64,000 nt of DNA from Longimicrobiales bacterium (lineage in GTDB: Bacteria; Gemmatimonadota; Gemmatimonadetes; Longimicrobiales; Gaopeijiaceae), in the NCBI GenBank assembly GCA_965202985.1, contig CBDBCF010000001.1, positions 992,001 to 1,056,000 of the forward strand, read 5' to 3'. Each line of letters opens with the position of its first letter. The first letter of the stretch is position 1. Both the position numbers and the translations under genes were made by a program. Positions 1-10,248 of this stretch are shown piece after piece. The notes beneath the pieces were generated by a model. The model was given only the letters and a program-made list of their open reading frames with translations. It ran no database searches and was not told the DNA's origin.

Positions 1-989
1 GACCGCTGTTCAACCAGGATCGATGCAGCTCGTGCCACGATCTGCCTACCAGCGGAGGGCACGGCGCCGAGCCGGTCACCAAGGCAAGCCGATTCGACTC
101 CGCGCAGGGTTGCAACGTCTTGACGGAGCAAGGGGGCGACCTGTTGCAGTTCGGGGTGACGGACCATGCGCGGGCGCTGGGCGTGACGCCGGAACGGATG
201 CCGCCGGACGCCACGGCCACAACCGACATGCGCGCGCCGGCGCTCTACGGACTGGGGCTGGTGGAAGCCGTTCCCGACGACGCCATCCTGCGGGCTGCCG
301 ACCCCGACGACGCCGACGGCGACGGCATCTCGGGTCGCCCCAACCTGGACTCGCAAGGACGACTTGGCCGATTCGGACGGAAGGCCCAGCACGCGACGCT
401 CTTCGGATTCGTCGAAGAAGCCGCGCGGCTTGAAATGGGCCTCACGACGCCCAGCCGTCCGCTGGAAGAAGCCGCCAACGGCGTCCCGGTCCCTTCGGCG
501 GCGGACCTGGCTCCCGATCCGGAGATCGGGCAGGCGGAACTCCAGCTCCTGACCGACTACGTCCGCTTCCTGGCCCCGCCGCGGCCGGTGCGGCCCGACG
601 ACGTCGATCCGTCGGACGTTCGCGAAGGCGCCAAGGTATTCGAGTGGCTGGGGTGCGAATCGTGCCACACGCCGACCTTCCAAACGACAAGAAGCGAGGT
701 CCCGGCGTTCGACCGAAAGACCTTCCGTCTCTACTCCGACCTGCTGCTTCACGATCTGGGACCGGAGTTGGCCGAGACGTGCACGCCCGGCACGACCCCC
801 TCGGAGTGGAAAACGGCTCGGCTGGTTGGCCTAGGCCGTCGCTTCGAATTCCTCCACAACGGGCGAGCGCAGACGATAGAAGAAGCGATTCTGCTGCACG
901 GAGGAGAGGCCAGCGCAATGCGGGACGTGTTTCGCCGGCTCAACCCGTCGGCGAAGCGACAGCTGTTGAGCTTCTTGATGTCCCTGTAA
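1..989 (+). CDS. Di-haem oxidoreductase (DHOR)-family protein, 5' end outside window
   Basis: Frame open from base 3 (PLFNQDRCSSCHD...). Two haem c motifs, CSSCH and CESCH. Family-typical segments PALYGLGLVEAVPD, DPDDADGDGISGR, GRFGRKA, YSDLLLHDLG, LHNGRA, HGGEA. Confidence 0.85.
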   Translation, partial: PLFNQDRCSSCHDLPTSGGHGAEPVTKASRFDSAQGCNVLTEQGGDLLQFGVTDHARALGVTPERMPPDATATTDMRAPALYGLGLVEAVPDDAILRAADPDDADGDGISGRPNLDSQGRLGRFGRKAQHATLFGFVEEAARLEMGLTTPSRPLEEAANGVPVPSAADLAPDPEIGQAELQLLTDYVRFLAPPRPVRPDDVDPSDVREGAKVFEWLGCESCHTPTFQTTRSEVPAFDRKTFRLYSDLLLHDLGPELAETCTPGTTPSEWKTARLVGLGRRFEFLHNGRAQTIEEAILLHGGEASAMRDVFRRLNPSAKRQLLSFLMSL

Positions 990-990
990 C

Positions 991-1044
991 CAAGAACGGC
1001 TGCGACCACCCGGCCATCCGACCGGGCGACCGCAACCGTTCTTG
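991..1044. terminator. Inverted repeat between convergent genes (possible bidirectional terminator)
   Basis: CAAGAACGG (991-999) pairs with CCGTTCTTG (1036-1044), with an inner CCCGG/CCGGG stem. Lies between the DHOR stop (989) and the SusD stop (1086). Confidence 0.45.
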
Positions 1045-1085
1045 TTGCTTGTAGCCTAGCCTAGCTCTAGTCGAGCTGGTTGCCG

Positions 1086-2390
1086 CTAGGTCTTGGGCAA
1101 GCACCTCTGAGTAAGGTCGTTGTCGATGTTGGTATTGTGCAACGCCTCGTCGTCGCTGATGGGGAACTGCGTCGGCCTGCCGTCGCCGGACCGGCTCTCG
1201 TCGTTCATCGCCGCGAAGATCTGGCGCGTCAAGCCGAACCGACGCAGGTCGACGGCCCGATGTCCCTCCATGAACAGTTCGGCAAACCGCTCCGACAGCA
1301 AGTACTCCATCATCGTCTCCCGGTCGGTCGGCACGTCGAACGGTGCCAAGTCGACCGCAGCTCGGAGCCTGTTGAGCACGGCTGTCGCCCCGGCGTAGTC
1401 GCCGGCTTCGACCATGACCTCCGCCTCGATGAGCCGCATGCCGTCGGAGTGCACCATCGGGATGTCGGAGGTCAGCGTGTTGTACTTCCACTGGCTGTAG
1501 TGAGGCGTCTCGTTGTCGGTTGCCACCTCGCCGTCGAAGTACACGGGTATCCGCTTGTCGAACTCGTTCGTCCACGGATCGCGCATGAACCCGGGAGCGT
1601 CGTCTTCTTCGATCATCGGCCACCACTTCGCCATCAAACCGGCCGCCTCGTTGAACGTCTTGGTCGTGACCAACACGACCCAGTTGTTGGCAGCCTGATT
1701 GAAGACGGCGTCGTACGAGAACCCTGCCTGCACCGCGCTTGCGTCGGTCGCCGCCGAGGACATGTCTCCCATGAGAAGGTGCGCTTGGGCGCGGCCTGCC
1801 TGAGCCGCCGTCACCCAATCCGGGCGGCCGGCGACCCTAGCCGTCTCCATCGCTTGCCCGAACCTCGTCACGGCCACTCCCAGCATCTGCATGTCCGTCA
1901 TGGAGTCTCCGCTGGGATCCGACACGGACTCGCAGAACGCCATCCCCAGGTACAACGCGGCGAATGCGCCCGCCAACCGCACTTGCGCCGTCAGCGGACT
2001 GGACGCGGCCTCGCTCTCGCCCATCACCTCTCCGAAACGCCGTTCGGCGTCCATCGAGTACCACTGGGCTCGGTGCCATGCGTTGCTGTTGCCGTCCATG
2101 GCGCTGGTCCCGTACTGGAACCTGCCGTGGTCGACCTCGTCGTAGTTGGTCCACGTACCGGTGTGCTGGTACTCGTCGGCAAGCAGCGCCTGGTAGACGA
2201 CGTACTGGTCCATGACGTTGTGGACCGCGCCCTCGACCCCGTTCGCCACCGCGGGCAAGGCCGTGTCCAGGTCGGACGACGTGTAGCGCTGGGGGTCCGG
2301 GACGTCCAGAAGGTCGCCGCACGCGACGAGCGTCAGCACTCCCAACGCCGTCGTGATCTTCGTGAGCGTTCTTGTCGTCATCATCATCAT
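1086..2390 (-). CDS. RagB/SusD-family outer-membrane lipoprotein
   Basis: Lipobox LVAC. C-terminal LIEAE...LNRLR...ERFAELFMEGHRAVDLRRFG SusD signature. Directly downstream of susC-like gene. Confidence 0.85.
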   Translation of the reverse strand: MMMMTTRTLTKITTALGVLTLVACGDLLDVPDPQRYTSSDLDTALPAVANGVEGAVHNVMDQYVVYQALLADEYQHTGTWTNYDEVDHGRFQYGTSAMDGNSNAWHRAQWYSMDAERRFGEVMGESEAASSPLTAQVRLAGAFAALYLGMAFCESVSDPSGDSMTDMQMLGVAVTRFGQAMETARVAGRPDWVTAAQAGRAQAHLLMGDMSSAATDASAVQAGFSYDAVFNQAANNWVVLVTTKTFNEAAGLMAKWWPMIEEDDAPGFMRDPWTNEFDKRIPVYFDGEVATDNETPHYSQWKYNTLTSDIPMVHSDGMRLIEAEVMVEAGDYAGATAVLNRLRAAVDLAPFDVPTDRETMMEYLLSERFAELFMEGHRAVDLRRFGLTRQIFAAMNDESRSGDGRPTQFPISDDEALHNTNIDNDLTQRCLPKT

Positions 2391-2402
2391 GTGAACGGCC
2401 TC

Positions 2403-5354
2403 CTAGAACCGAGTGCGCAACGAGAAGAGGAAGCGCCTGGGCTGTGGAAGGCCTAGGAACGGAGACGTGTTGAAGCTGGAACCGCCCCGGTACTGCTGAT
2501 TGGGGTCGGGGCAGTTGCAGTTGTCCCACCAGTGGGCGTTGTACACCGCCAGTGTAGCCGTCGTGCGCTGCAAGCCGACGACGCTCGATATCGTCTCGGG
2601 CAGGGTATACGTCAGGGAGACCTCTTGCAGCCGCACGTGGTCCCTGGAATCCACCGGATAGGCCAAGATGTGACGGTTGTGAACCGAATCGCTGGCCGGA
2701 GTGGACGATCCGTCCGACTGGAGGTGCATCAGATACTCGTCGTAGGCGAACTGCCGAACCCCGTACCCGCGATCCGAGTTGACCATAGACGCTCCCCATT
2801 CGCCTCGGACCTGCATCCCAATGCGAATGGATTGACCCAGAGCGAATTCGGTGTTGATCGATCCAAGGTGATCGGGGAACGCCTGCCCTTGGTAGAAGTT
2901 GTAGACCGAGCGTATGTGCTCTCGCTCCGCAGGATCCCAGCCCAGGACTTGCCTAGCGATGATCTCGCTGACTGGAAAGCCTTCCCAGAAGCCGCCGAGC
3001 CGCATGTGCTGCGTCCATCCGACAAGCTCGGTGCCCTGATAGATCGGCAGCGAATCGCGTTGGGCAGTCTCGCCGAGGTCCAGGATCTCGTTGTGCGTCC
3101 ACTCGTAGTTGAGTCCCGCGGACCACCTGAAGGAGGCCTGATCGACAAGCGTTGCGTTGATGCCAAGCTCAACCCCCCTGTTGAGAATTGAGCCCGCATT
3201 CTGCCAACGAGCCTGGGCGAAGCCTTCGCTGGGCGGAAGCGCTATCTGCAACAGCCCGTTTTGAGTCACCTGATGGTAATACGTTGCGTCGATGCCGATC
3301 CGATCGTTCCACAAGCCCAGCTCGAGGCCGCCTTCGTACTCGATCTTCGTCTCCGGCTCGAGAGCGTCGTTGCCGGGGTTGGACGGAGATACGCCCGGCA
3401 AGTCGTCAAGCACCGTCGCCGGTACGTAGGTCTGGAACTGGTCGAAGGCGCCCGGCGCCTTGCCGGCCATTCCCACGGCCCCGCGAACCTTCGCGCTGCT
3501 CACGAACGTCGGGAGGAAGTCTTGACCGAAGTTGTAGGCGAAGTCGGCCTTGGGATAGACCTGCAAACCGTAGTTCTCGCCAAAGGCGCTGTTGCCGTCC
3601 ACTCTCACCGCGCCCGTCACGAAGAGGTTCCCGACGTCGAAGCGGTTCTGGACGAAGAAGCCCACGTTGACCTCTTCGATGCGGGACTCGTCGCCGAAAG
3701 TCCGCGCCGCGCCGCCCACCGTCGATACGCCTTGACCCGCGAAGTCTTTTCCGGTGGCCATGGAGAAGTTGGCAAGATCCCAGTATCCCTGCGTGCCGAA
3801 CGCCAAGCTGCCGGGCAAGTCGTTGAGGAACGGAAGCGTGTAGTCCAGGTTGGCGGTGTAGTCGGCCGTGAACTGTCTGTTTGCTCGATAGCCGATGTTT
3901 CGCTCGCCTAGCGTTCCGATATACGTGTAGTGCCGCCCGAAGGGCAGATACCTCGACTTCTGGTCCGTCACCGCGTCCAATCCGAGCTTCGCCGTGTGCT
4001 GGAAGTTGGGACGCGGCGTGTAGTTCAGCTGCACGGAGCCCGTGAATCGCTCGGCATCGGAGAACGTGTCGATTGCCTTGGCGTCTTCCACGTTCACGTC
4101 CAGCCCGCCGCCGTACGGTTCGTCGGCGGTGGCGTTCAGAGGATTGGTGAGCATGGCGTTGGTGTAGATGCCCAGCCAGTTGTTGCCGGACTGCAGGGCG
4201 CGTACGCGGTTCCTCACGTAGCCCGACGTGACTCCGACCGTCAAGTTGTCCGACGCCGTCCAGTTCAGGTTGACCCGTAGGTTCGCCCGCTTCTGGTCGT
4301 TGGGCTTGACGGACCCCTCTTCGAAGGAGAAGCCGCCCGAAACGAAGTACGTGACGGCCTCGCCCCCCCCCGTCGCCGATATGTCGTAGCTGTTGATCAG
4401 GCCGTTCTCGATGAGGTCCTGGTTGGGATCGCGCGCGCGCGTGCCGTCTCGGCCGGTGAAGTTCGGCCGCAACGCCGTAGGAAAGTTCGCGCGGTGCCGG
4501 TTGACTCCGACCGAGGTCTGGAAGGTGAAGGTGGCCGGGCTGTTGTTTCGACCCCGCTTCGTAAAGACCTGGATTACGCCGCCCGATGCTTCGGAGCCGT
4601 AGAGCGTCGATGCGGCCGGTCCCTTCAGGACCTCGATCCGCTCGATCTCGTCGGGGTTCAGGTCCGAAAGTCGGTCCTCGCCCGCGCCGCCGCTGAAGAA
4701 ACAGCAGGTGACCTGGCTCATCCAGCCCCACTCGCCGGCGCTGTTGTCCACGCGGATCCCGTCGATGTAGATCACGGGCCGCTGGCCCAGGGAGAACGAG
4801 TCCGTCCCTCGGATGCGGAGTTCTCGGGAAGCTCCTACGCCGCCCACGACGCCGATGGAGCGCACACCCGGAATCCGGCCCTCAAGGGTCTGGCTGAAGC
4901 CCTCCAGAGGCATCTTCTCCTGGATGCCCTCCACGTCCAGGGAGGACGTCGAGACTCCCAGCTTCCTCCGTTCGACTGCGCCGGCCGTGCCGGTGACGAT
5001 GATCTCGTCGAGGTCCACCGCCGAGACCTCCAGGCGGAACTCCACGGTTGCGGAAGCCCCTGGGGCGATCGTCACCTCCTGCGTCGCCGTCCCCCAGCCC
5101 ACGTGAACGGCTTGGACCGTCCAGGTTCCGGGGGGCACGCGGTTGATCAGGAACCTCCCGTTGGCGTTCGAGAGCACGCCCAGGTTGGTGTCCAGGATCG
5201 AAACCTGGGTGCCGTTGATCGGCTCCCCGGTCGTGGCGGCGGTCACCGTCCCCGTGACGATGCCGTCCTGTGCGACGGCGTTGGCCGGCGCGAACAGGGC
5301 CAGTGCCCCGAGCAGGCCGAGGCCCGCCCTTGCGGTCTGTAGCGTTGGTTTCAT
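2403..5354 (-). CDS. SusC/RagA-family TonB-dependent receptor
   Basis: ATG 5354 preceded by AGAGGAG. Signal peptide, N-terminal carboxypeptidase-regulatory-like domain, TonB box LDEIIVTG, plug motif DLNPDEIERIEVLKGPAASTLYGSEASGGVIQVFTKRG, GNDALEPE, C-terminal Phe. Confidence 0.92.
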   Translation of the reverse strand: MKPTLQTARAGLGLLGALALFAPANAVAQDGIVTGTVTAATTGEPINGTQVSILDTNLGVLSNANGRFLINRVPPGTWTVQAVHVGWGTATQEVTIAPGASATVEFRLEVSAVDLDEIIVTGTAGAVERRKLGVSTSSLDVEGIQEKMPLEGFSQTLEGRIPGVRSIGVVGGVGASRELRIRGTDSFSLGQRPVIYIDGIRVDNSAGEWGWMSQVTCCFFSGGAGEDRLSDLNPDEIERIEVLKGPAASTLYGSEASGGVIQVFTKRGRNNSPATFTFQTSVGVNRHRANFPTALRPNFTGRDGTRARDPNQDLIENGLINSYDISATGGGEAVTYFVSGGFSFEEGSVKPNDQKRANLRVNLNWTASDNLTVGVTSGYVRNRVRALQSGNNWLGIYTNAMLTNPLNATADEPYGGGLDVNVEDAKAIDTFSDAERFTGSVQLNYTPRPNFQHTAKLGLDAVTDQKSRYLPFGRHYTYIGTLGERNIGYRANRQFTADYTANLDYTLPFLNDLPGSLAFGTQGYWDLANFSMATGKDFAGQGVSTVGGAARTFGDESRIEEVNVGFFVQNRFDVGNLFVTGAVRVDGNSAFGENYGLQVYPKADFAYNFGQDFLPTFVSSAKVRGAVGMAGKAPGAFDQFQTYVPATVLDDLPGVSPSNPGNDALEPETKIEYEGGLELGLWNDRIGIDATYYHQVTQNGLLQIALPPSEGFAQARWQNAGSILNRGVELGINATLVDQASFRWSAGLNYEWTHNEILDLGETAQRDSLPIYQGTELVGWTQHMRLGGFWEGFPVSEIIARQVLGWDPAEREHIRSVYNFYQGQAFPDHLGSINTEFALGQSIRIGMQVRGEWGASMVNSDRGYGVRQFAYDEYLMHLQSDGSSTPASDSVHNRHILAYPVDSRDHVRLQEVSLTYTLPETISSVVGLQRTTATLAVYNAHWWDNCNCPDPNQQYRGGSSFNTSPFLGLPQPRRFLFSLRTRF

Positions 5355-5505
5355 GTCGTCTCCTCTTACGCTGTGGACGAGATTGGCGGGAGTCCGCAAC
5401 CGATCGTTGCTGGGAGCTGGCCCGCGATCGCTACGAGTCCGAACATCATACGACGCGACGTCGGAATGCGCCAGAAGCAGGTCGTCGCATATGGGGGAAC
5501 GAGTG

Positions 5506-6534
5506 CTAGAACACTTCCTCCAGCGCCTCGGCCAGGCGCTCGGCCAGGGCGGTGACCGCCCTCGCCAGGATGCGGGTTCGCTCGGTGCGCAGGTAGTAGG
5601 GGTCGCGCTCGGCGGCGTCGTCGCGGAAGAGCTCCATGAAGCCGATGGCGTCGCCGTCCTCGTTCAGGTAGTCCACGCGGAGCAGGACCGGCAGCGCGCC
5701 TTGCGGGGGCGTGTCCTCGTAGCCCGAGATCGCCAGCTGGTCCACGCGCTGCATGAAGTTGGCGAAGGCCTCGTCGGGCGCTTCGTCGTCGGGCGAGGTC
5801 CAGTCGCCGGACTCGGCGCGGGACATGGCGCGTTCCGTATCTCCATTGGTGACAACGACTTGCGCTACGTCGTCGTCGGGGAAGTGGTGAAGCCAGCGCT
5901 CTCGCAGGGAGCCTTCGCCGATCCCCAGCGGGCGGGTCGCGTCGGCGGCCAAGACGTAACCGGCGCCGGTGGCGAACTCGCGGGCGTAGCGGTCCGCACC
6001 CCCGTAGGTCGTGTCGCCCAGCACGAACTCGCGGCGCTCGTCGCGGAACTCGACTGAGAGCAGTTCGCCCTGCTCCGCCGTCGCGTCCGCCAGCCCGAAG
6101 CGCGCCTGCTGGCCGTCGGTCAGCGAGCCCAGGGAGCGGACGACTCGGAAGGCGGCCCAGCGTCCCACCAGGCTGTGGCCGGACGCCCCCACGGGGAACT
6201 CCAGGGTGTCGGCGCTCGCGGCGGGGTTGCCGGCGCCTTCGCCCCCTTCGGCGTCGTCGGTGCTGTCGGCGGCGGCGGTGGCGGCTCCCGCGTCGGGGTC
6301 CCCGTGCTCGATCTGGGTTCCCCACAGGTAGGCGCCTCCGTCGTCCTCTCGGCGCTCGATCAGCACGTCCTTCTCGGGCGACGAGAAGCGGATCGCGACC
6401 ACCTCCGTGGTGTCGCGCTCCCACACCAGAACCCGGTTGCGGTCCTCTTCGCGCACCGGATCCCGGCCCGACAGAAAGAACGCCCAGACCGCCGCCGCGG
6501 CCAGCAGCACCAGGTGAATGCGCAGCGCCCTCAC
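5506..6534 (-). CDS. DUF4340-like periplasmic protein of Gld-type ABC module
   Basis: N-terminal membrane anchor, RFGL...FVLGDTTYGG motif. Last gene of the ABC-ATPase/permease/GldG run; GTGA overlap with upstream stop. Confidence 0.6.
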   Translation of the reverse strand: MRALRIHLVLLAAAAVWAFFLSGRDPVREEDRNRVLVWERDTTEVVAIRFSSPEKDVLIERREDDGGAYLWGTQIEHGDPDAGAATAAADSTDDAEGGEGAGNPAASADTLEFPVGASGHSLVGRWAAFRVVRSLGSLTDGQQARFGLADATAEQGELLSVEFRDERREFVLGDTTYGGADRYAREFATGAGYVLAADATRPLGIGEGSLRERWLHHFPDDDVAQVVVTNGDTERAMSRAESGDWTSPDDEAPDEAFANFMQRVDQLAISGYEDTPPQGALPVLLRVDYLNEDGDAIGFMELFRDDAAERDPYYLRTERTRILARAVTALAERLAEALEEVF

Positions 6535-8525
6535 GCCGCTTCCCCCTTCTCCGCTTCGCCACGGGCCGCTTCGCTACGAGCCTCGCCTCGACCCCCCCGC
6601 CGTCCGTACAGCGCCGTAAGCCCGGCCCCCAGAACCAGCGCCGGCGCCCCGAAGATGATGGCGTAGAACCACGCCACGTCTTCCGAACGGGTGTGGAGGA
6701 TGGCCACGTCCTCTTCGGACTCGACCTGGCCGGCGTACGCCTCCTCCTTGCCCAGCCAGCGGATCCCGTCCACGACCATGGCCGCGTTCATTTGGAGGCT
6801 GACCAGCACGCGGTCCGAGAAGATCTCGGCGTCGCCGTACACCAGGGCGCGCATTCCGGGGTCGCGGGCGGGGGCCGAGTCCGTCTCCACCTCCACGGCT
6901 GCCGCCAGCCCGTAGCTGTCGCGGGGCTCGGTGGCCTCGTCGAAGCGGAAGTCGCGGTTCGCGTCCGGGAAGGTGGAGCGCATCGAGCGGACCACCAACG
7001 TTCGGCGCAGCCCTTCCACGTCTTCTGCGGCGGCCAACTCCGCGGCGCCCAGGAACAGAACGCCCTGGCCCGCGCCCCGTCGGCTCAGAGTGGTGACGGA
7101 CGGGTGGGTCGAGAAGCGGTTGGCCACGACGAGGCGGCGGTCGGCCGCGGTGCCGGTCTCGCGCATGTGGGCGCGGTCGTCCACGAGCATGGCGGCACCG
7201 TAGTCCAGCCCCAGGTGGTCCCGGAAGTCCGACAGGCGGAACCGGCTGCCGGGCTCCAAGGCCAGCAGCACCGACCCGCCCCGATCCAGGTACTCGCGGA
7301 CGGCAGCGGCCTCGGAGTCGAAGAAGGGGCGCTGCGGACCCAGCACCATGAGCATGGCGGCGTCGTCCGGGACTCGGTCGCCCAGGCCGTCGCGGGCGCC
7401 GATCTCGCGCACCTCGTAGTTGAGGAGCTCCAGAACGCGACGGAGCGCGCCCAGGGGAGGCTCGCGGGGTCCGGGGGGCGCGTTGGCGGGCATCCACGGC
7501 TCGCGGGGGGACGCGGGCGCCAGCGAGTCTTGGACCAGCGGATCGTTGAGTTCGCCGTGGCCGGTGGTCAGGTAGGCCGTGCGGCGGCCTCGCGCCAGCA
7601 GCAGCAGAGCTTGCTGGACCTGGCCGTCCAGGACGCGCAGGCGGGCCCGGGCGTCGTCCAGCTCCAGGGCCAAGCCGATCCGCTCGGTGCGGCCGCCGAA
7701 CCGGAAGAAGACCTCGCCGTCGTTGCGGGCGTCGTAGTCCTCGGCGACTTCGGGGTCGGCGAAGCGGTCGTACTCCTCCACCGCCACGTTGCCGGCGGCC
7801 CCGGCCAGCTCGCGCACGTAGGTCAGCACCTGTTCGCCCACGGCGTTCGAGGGCGGAAAGAAGAGGGCGACTTGGAGCGTGCCGTCCAGGTTGCGGACGA
7901 TCTCGCGGGTGGCGTCGCCCGGCGTGGCCGTCTTGAAGTAGCTGAAGTCCAGGGTGCGGTTGGCGGCGGCGCCGACGTAGCCGATCAGCATGAGGGCCGC
8001 TCCCGCCGCGGCCAGGCTCAGGGCGTGAGACGCGGTCTCTCGGATGCGCAAGGCGTCCACCGCTCGGGCGCCGGCCAGGGCGGAGGCGGAGGCGACGGCA
8101 ACGCTTCCCTGTCGCGCGCCGACCCCCTTCATTGCCGCCCAGTGCGCCGCGGCGGCGGGGAGCGCCGAGCACGCCAGCACGATCGTGGAAGCCGTCAGGA
8201 AGAGGCGGCGGAAGCGACGCTCCTCTTGGGGTCCGCCCACGTCCCAGCCCAGCCACTCCAGCCCGTCCACGGTGCCGGGCAGGAACCCCGCCAGCGACAG
8301 CACGCAGCCCGCGGCGGCCAGCGCGAAGATGGCCTCGGCGGCGCGGGCCTCGGCCGGAACGCTCCGCCACTCGGCCAACCGCAGCCCGGCGGCCGCAACG
8401 GCGGCGGCGGTCCCGGCCAAGATCAGCGGAAGGTCCAGCCACTCGACGGCGTCGAACACGCGGGCGCCGGCGAAGACGGCGGCCAAGCCCCCGAAGAGGA
8501 GCCAGGTGGTCCAGAGGCGTCTCAT
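6531..8525 (-). CDS. GldG-like ABC-associated protein
   Basis: N-terminal TM helices, AYLTTGHGE motif, LMVLGPQRPF, YLDRGGSVLLALEP, single C-terminal TM. Confidence 0.75.
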   Translation of the reverse strand: MRRLWTTWLLFGGLAAVFAGARVFDAVEWLDLPLILAGTAAAVAAAGLRLAEWRSVPAEARAAEAIFALAAAGCVLSLAGFLPGTVDGLEWLGWDVGGPQEERRFRRLFLTASTIVLACSALPAAAAHWAAMKGVGARQGSVAVASASALAGARAVDALRIRETASHALSLAAAGAALMLIGYVGAAANRTLDFSYFKTATPGDATREIVRNLDGTLQVALFFPPSNAVGEQVLTYVRELAGAAGNVAVEEYDRFADPEVAEDYDARNDGEVFFRFGGRTERIGLALELDDARARLRVLDGQVQQALLLLARGRRTAYLTTGHGELNDPLVQDSLAPASPREPWMPANAPPGPREPPLGALRRVLELLNYEVREIGARDGLGDRVPDDAAMLMVLGPQRPFFDSEAAAVREYLDRGGSVLLALEPGSRFRLSDFRDHLGLDYGAAMLVDDRAHMRETGTAADRRLVVANRFSTHPSVTTLSRRGAGQGVLFLGAAELAAAEDVEGLRRTLVVRSMRSTFPDANRDFRFDEATEPRDSYGLAAAVEVETDSAPARDPGMRALVYGDAEIFSDRVLVSLQMNAAMVVDGIRWLGKEEAYAGQVESEEDVAILHTRSEDVAWFYAIIFGAPALVLGAGLTALYGRRGGRGEARSEAARGEAEKGEAA

Positions 8526-8562
8526 GGGCCGGGGGCGGGGGCGGTCGTCGCGGGCGAGGCGG

Positions 8563-9288
8563 TCACTCCCATCGCTTGGCCTCCATGACCTTGGTGGCCG
8601 CGTAGAGGAAGAAGTAGGTGACGGCCACGTAGTAGACCAGATCGCGGACGTGGAAGAGGCCCGACTGGAAGCCGGCGAAGTGGCGGCCGTGGATCGCCAG
8701 GGCGGCGAAGACGCGGGACAGCGGAGGCCCGACGATGCGGGACAGGGGCCAGAGCAGGAACAGGGTGCCCGTGACGACCGAGGCCGCGGCGGCGGCCACC
8801 AGCTGATGGCGGGTCAGGGCGCTGGCGAAGAGGCCCACCGCCAGGACCGCGCCGCCGATCAGGGTCAGCCCCAGGTAGCCGATCAGGACGTGGCCGACCG
8901 AGACCTTGCCATTAACCAATACGAGCAGGGGCATGTAGATGGTGGCCAGGTTGATCGCGCTCAGGAACGCCAGCGCCGACAGGAACTTGCCCCACACGAT
9001 CTGCCAGTCGCGCACCGGCGACGTGTCGAGCAGCAGCTGGGTGCCGGTCTGGCGCTCTTCCGCCACCAGCCGAATGGAGAGCGCCACGGCAGCGATCGCC
9101 GTGAGTCCGCTGGCGTTGTAGAAGAAGCCCGCCAGGACTTGCCCCGACAGGCGCTCGCCCGCGGACGGCCCCAGCGCCTGGGCGTAGAACAGCAGTCCGT
9201 CCAGCAGCAGCACCACCGCCGCCACGATGTACCCCATCGGCGATCGCAAGTAGGCGCCGAACTCGCGACGGAAGACGACCCCGGTCAC
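8563..9288 (-). CDS. ABC-2 type permease (GldF-like)
   Basis: GTG 9288 overlaps the ATPase stop. FRREFGAYLRSPMGYIV, AEERQTGTQLLLDTSPV, IVWGKF; about 6 TM segments. Confidence 0.85.
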   Translation of the reverse strand: MTGVVFRREFGAYLRSPMGYIVAAVVLLLDGLLFYAQALGPSAGERLSGQVLAGFFYNASGLTAIAAVALSIRLVAEERQTGTQLLLDTSPVRDWQIVWGKFLSALAFLSAINLATIYMPLLVLVNGKVSVGHVLIGYLGLTLIGGAVLAVGLFASALTRHQLVAAAAASVVTGTLFLLWPLSRIVGPPLSRVFAALAIHGRHFAGFQSGLFHVRDLVYYVAVTYFFLYAATKVMEAKRWE

Positions 9289-10241
9289 GCTTCCGCTCCG
9301 CCCACCAGTCCCACGAACACGCGCTCCAGCTGGCGCTCGGCGCCGGCCAAGCCCACCACGTCGCAGCCGGCCTCCACCAGTGCGCGGCAGACCGCGGCCC
9401 GCAGGTCGGCGTCGGCCTCCACGTGCCATGTCGCGACATCGTTTTCGCCTCCGGCCGCGCGCTCGACCCCTGTCACGCCCGGCACGGCGCGGATCACGGC
9501 CTCGGCGGCGGCCCCCGCGTCGGCGCCGTCCACGTCGGCCAGCCGAACCGTCACCGCCATCCTGCGCGCGCGGAGCAGCCCTTCGCCCAGCTCCGCCTCG
9601 GTGCCCTGGGCAGCGATCCGACCGTCGTCCAAGATGAGCAGCCGGTCGCACGTCTCGCTGATCTCGGGCAGGATGTGACTGGAGATGAGGATCGTGTGCG
9701 CGTCCTTCAGGTCGCGGATCATGCCGCGCATCTCCACGATCTGGACGGGGTCCAGGTCGTGGGCGGGTTCGTCCAGGATCAGGAGCTCGGGGTCGTGGAC
9801 GATCGCCTGGGCCACGCCGACGCGCTGGCGGTAGCCCTGGGACAGCTGGCGCGCGGGAACGTCGTGGACTTCGGCTACGCGGGTGTACTCCTCCACCTCG
9901 GGCACGCGACGGGCCACGGCTTCGGCGGACATGCCCTTGATCCGCCCCGCGAACGCCAAGTAGTCGCCCACCGTCATGTCGCCGTAGACCGGAGGCGTTT
10001 CGGGCAGGTAGCCGACGCGCTGGCGCACCTTGTGCGGACTGCGGAGCACGTCGTGGCCGTCGATCTCGACCGTTCCCGCCGAGGGCCGAAGCCCGCACGC
10101 CAAGATGCGCAGCAACGTCGTCTTGCCGACCCCGTTCAAGCCCAGGAACCCCACGGCGTCGCCCTTCTCGATCTCGAAGGACACGGGACCCAGCGCCCGC
10201 TTTCTGCCGTAGTACTTGGTGACGTCGGCCAAGTGAACCAT
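9285..10241 (-). CDS. ABC transporter ATP-binding protein (GldA-like)
   Basis: Walker A GLNGVGKTT, signature LSQGYRQRV, Walker B LLILDEP, H-loop ISSH. Real start ATG 10241; the upstream ORF extension is antisense to the repeat gene. Confidence 0.9.
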   Translation of the reverse strand: MVHLADVTKYYGRKRALGPVSFEIEKGDAVGFLGLNGVGKTTLLRILACGLRPSAGTVEIDGHDVLRSPHKVRQRVGYLPETPPVYGDMTVGDYLAFAGRIKGMSAEAVARRVPEVEEYTRVAEVHDVPARQLSQGYRQRVGVAQAIVHDPELLILDEPAHDLDPVQIVEMRGMIRDLKDAHTILISSHILPEISETCDRLLILDDGRIAAQGTEAELGEGLLRARRMAVTVRLADVDGADAGAAAEAVIRAVPGVTGVERAAGGENDVATWHVEADADLRAAVCRALVEAGCDVVGLAGAERQLERVFVGLVGGAEA

Positions 10242-10248
10242 GAGGGAG

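Noticed and set aside
1051..1090. Cluster of CTAG motifs (TAGCCTAGCCTAGCTCTAG) as an IS target or scar
   Set aside because: Too short, with no terminal repeats or transposase; nothing further supports it.
5355..5505. Riboswitch upstream of susC
   Set aside because: Only weak hairpins; I could not recognise cobalamin, TPP or other conserved motifs. An Rfam/Infernal scan would be needed.
5506..10241. Gld-like genes as evidence of gliding motility
   Set aside because: GldAFG-like ABC modules are widespread outside gliding bacteria, and no gldK-N or spr genes are present here.
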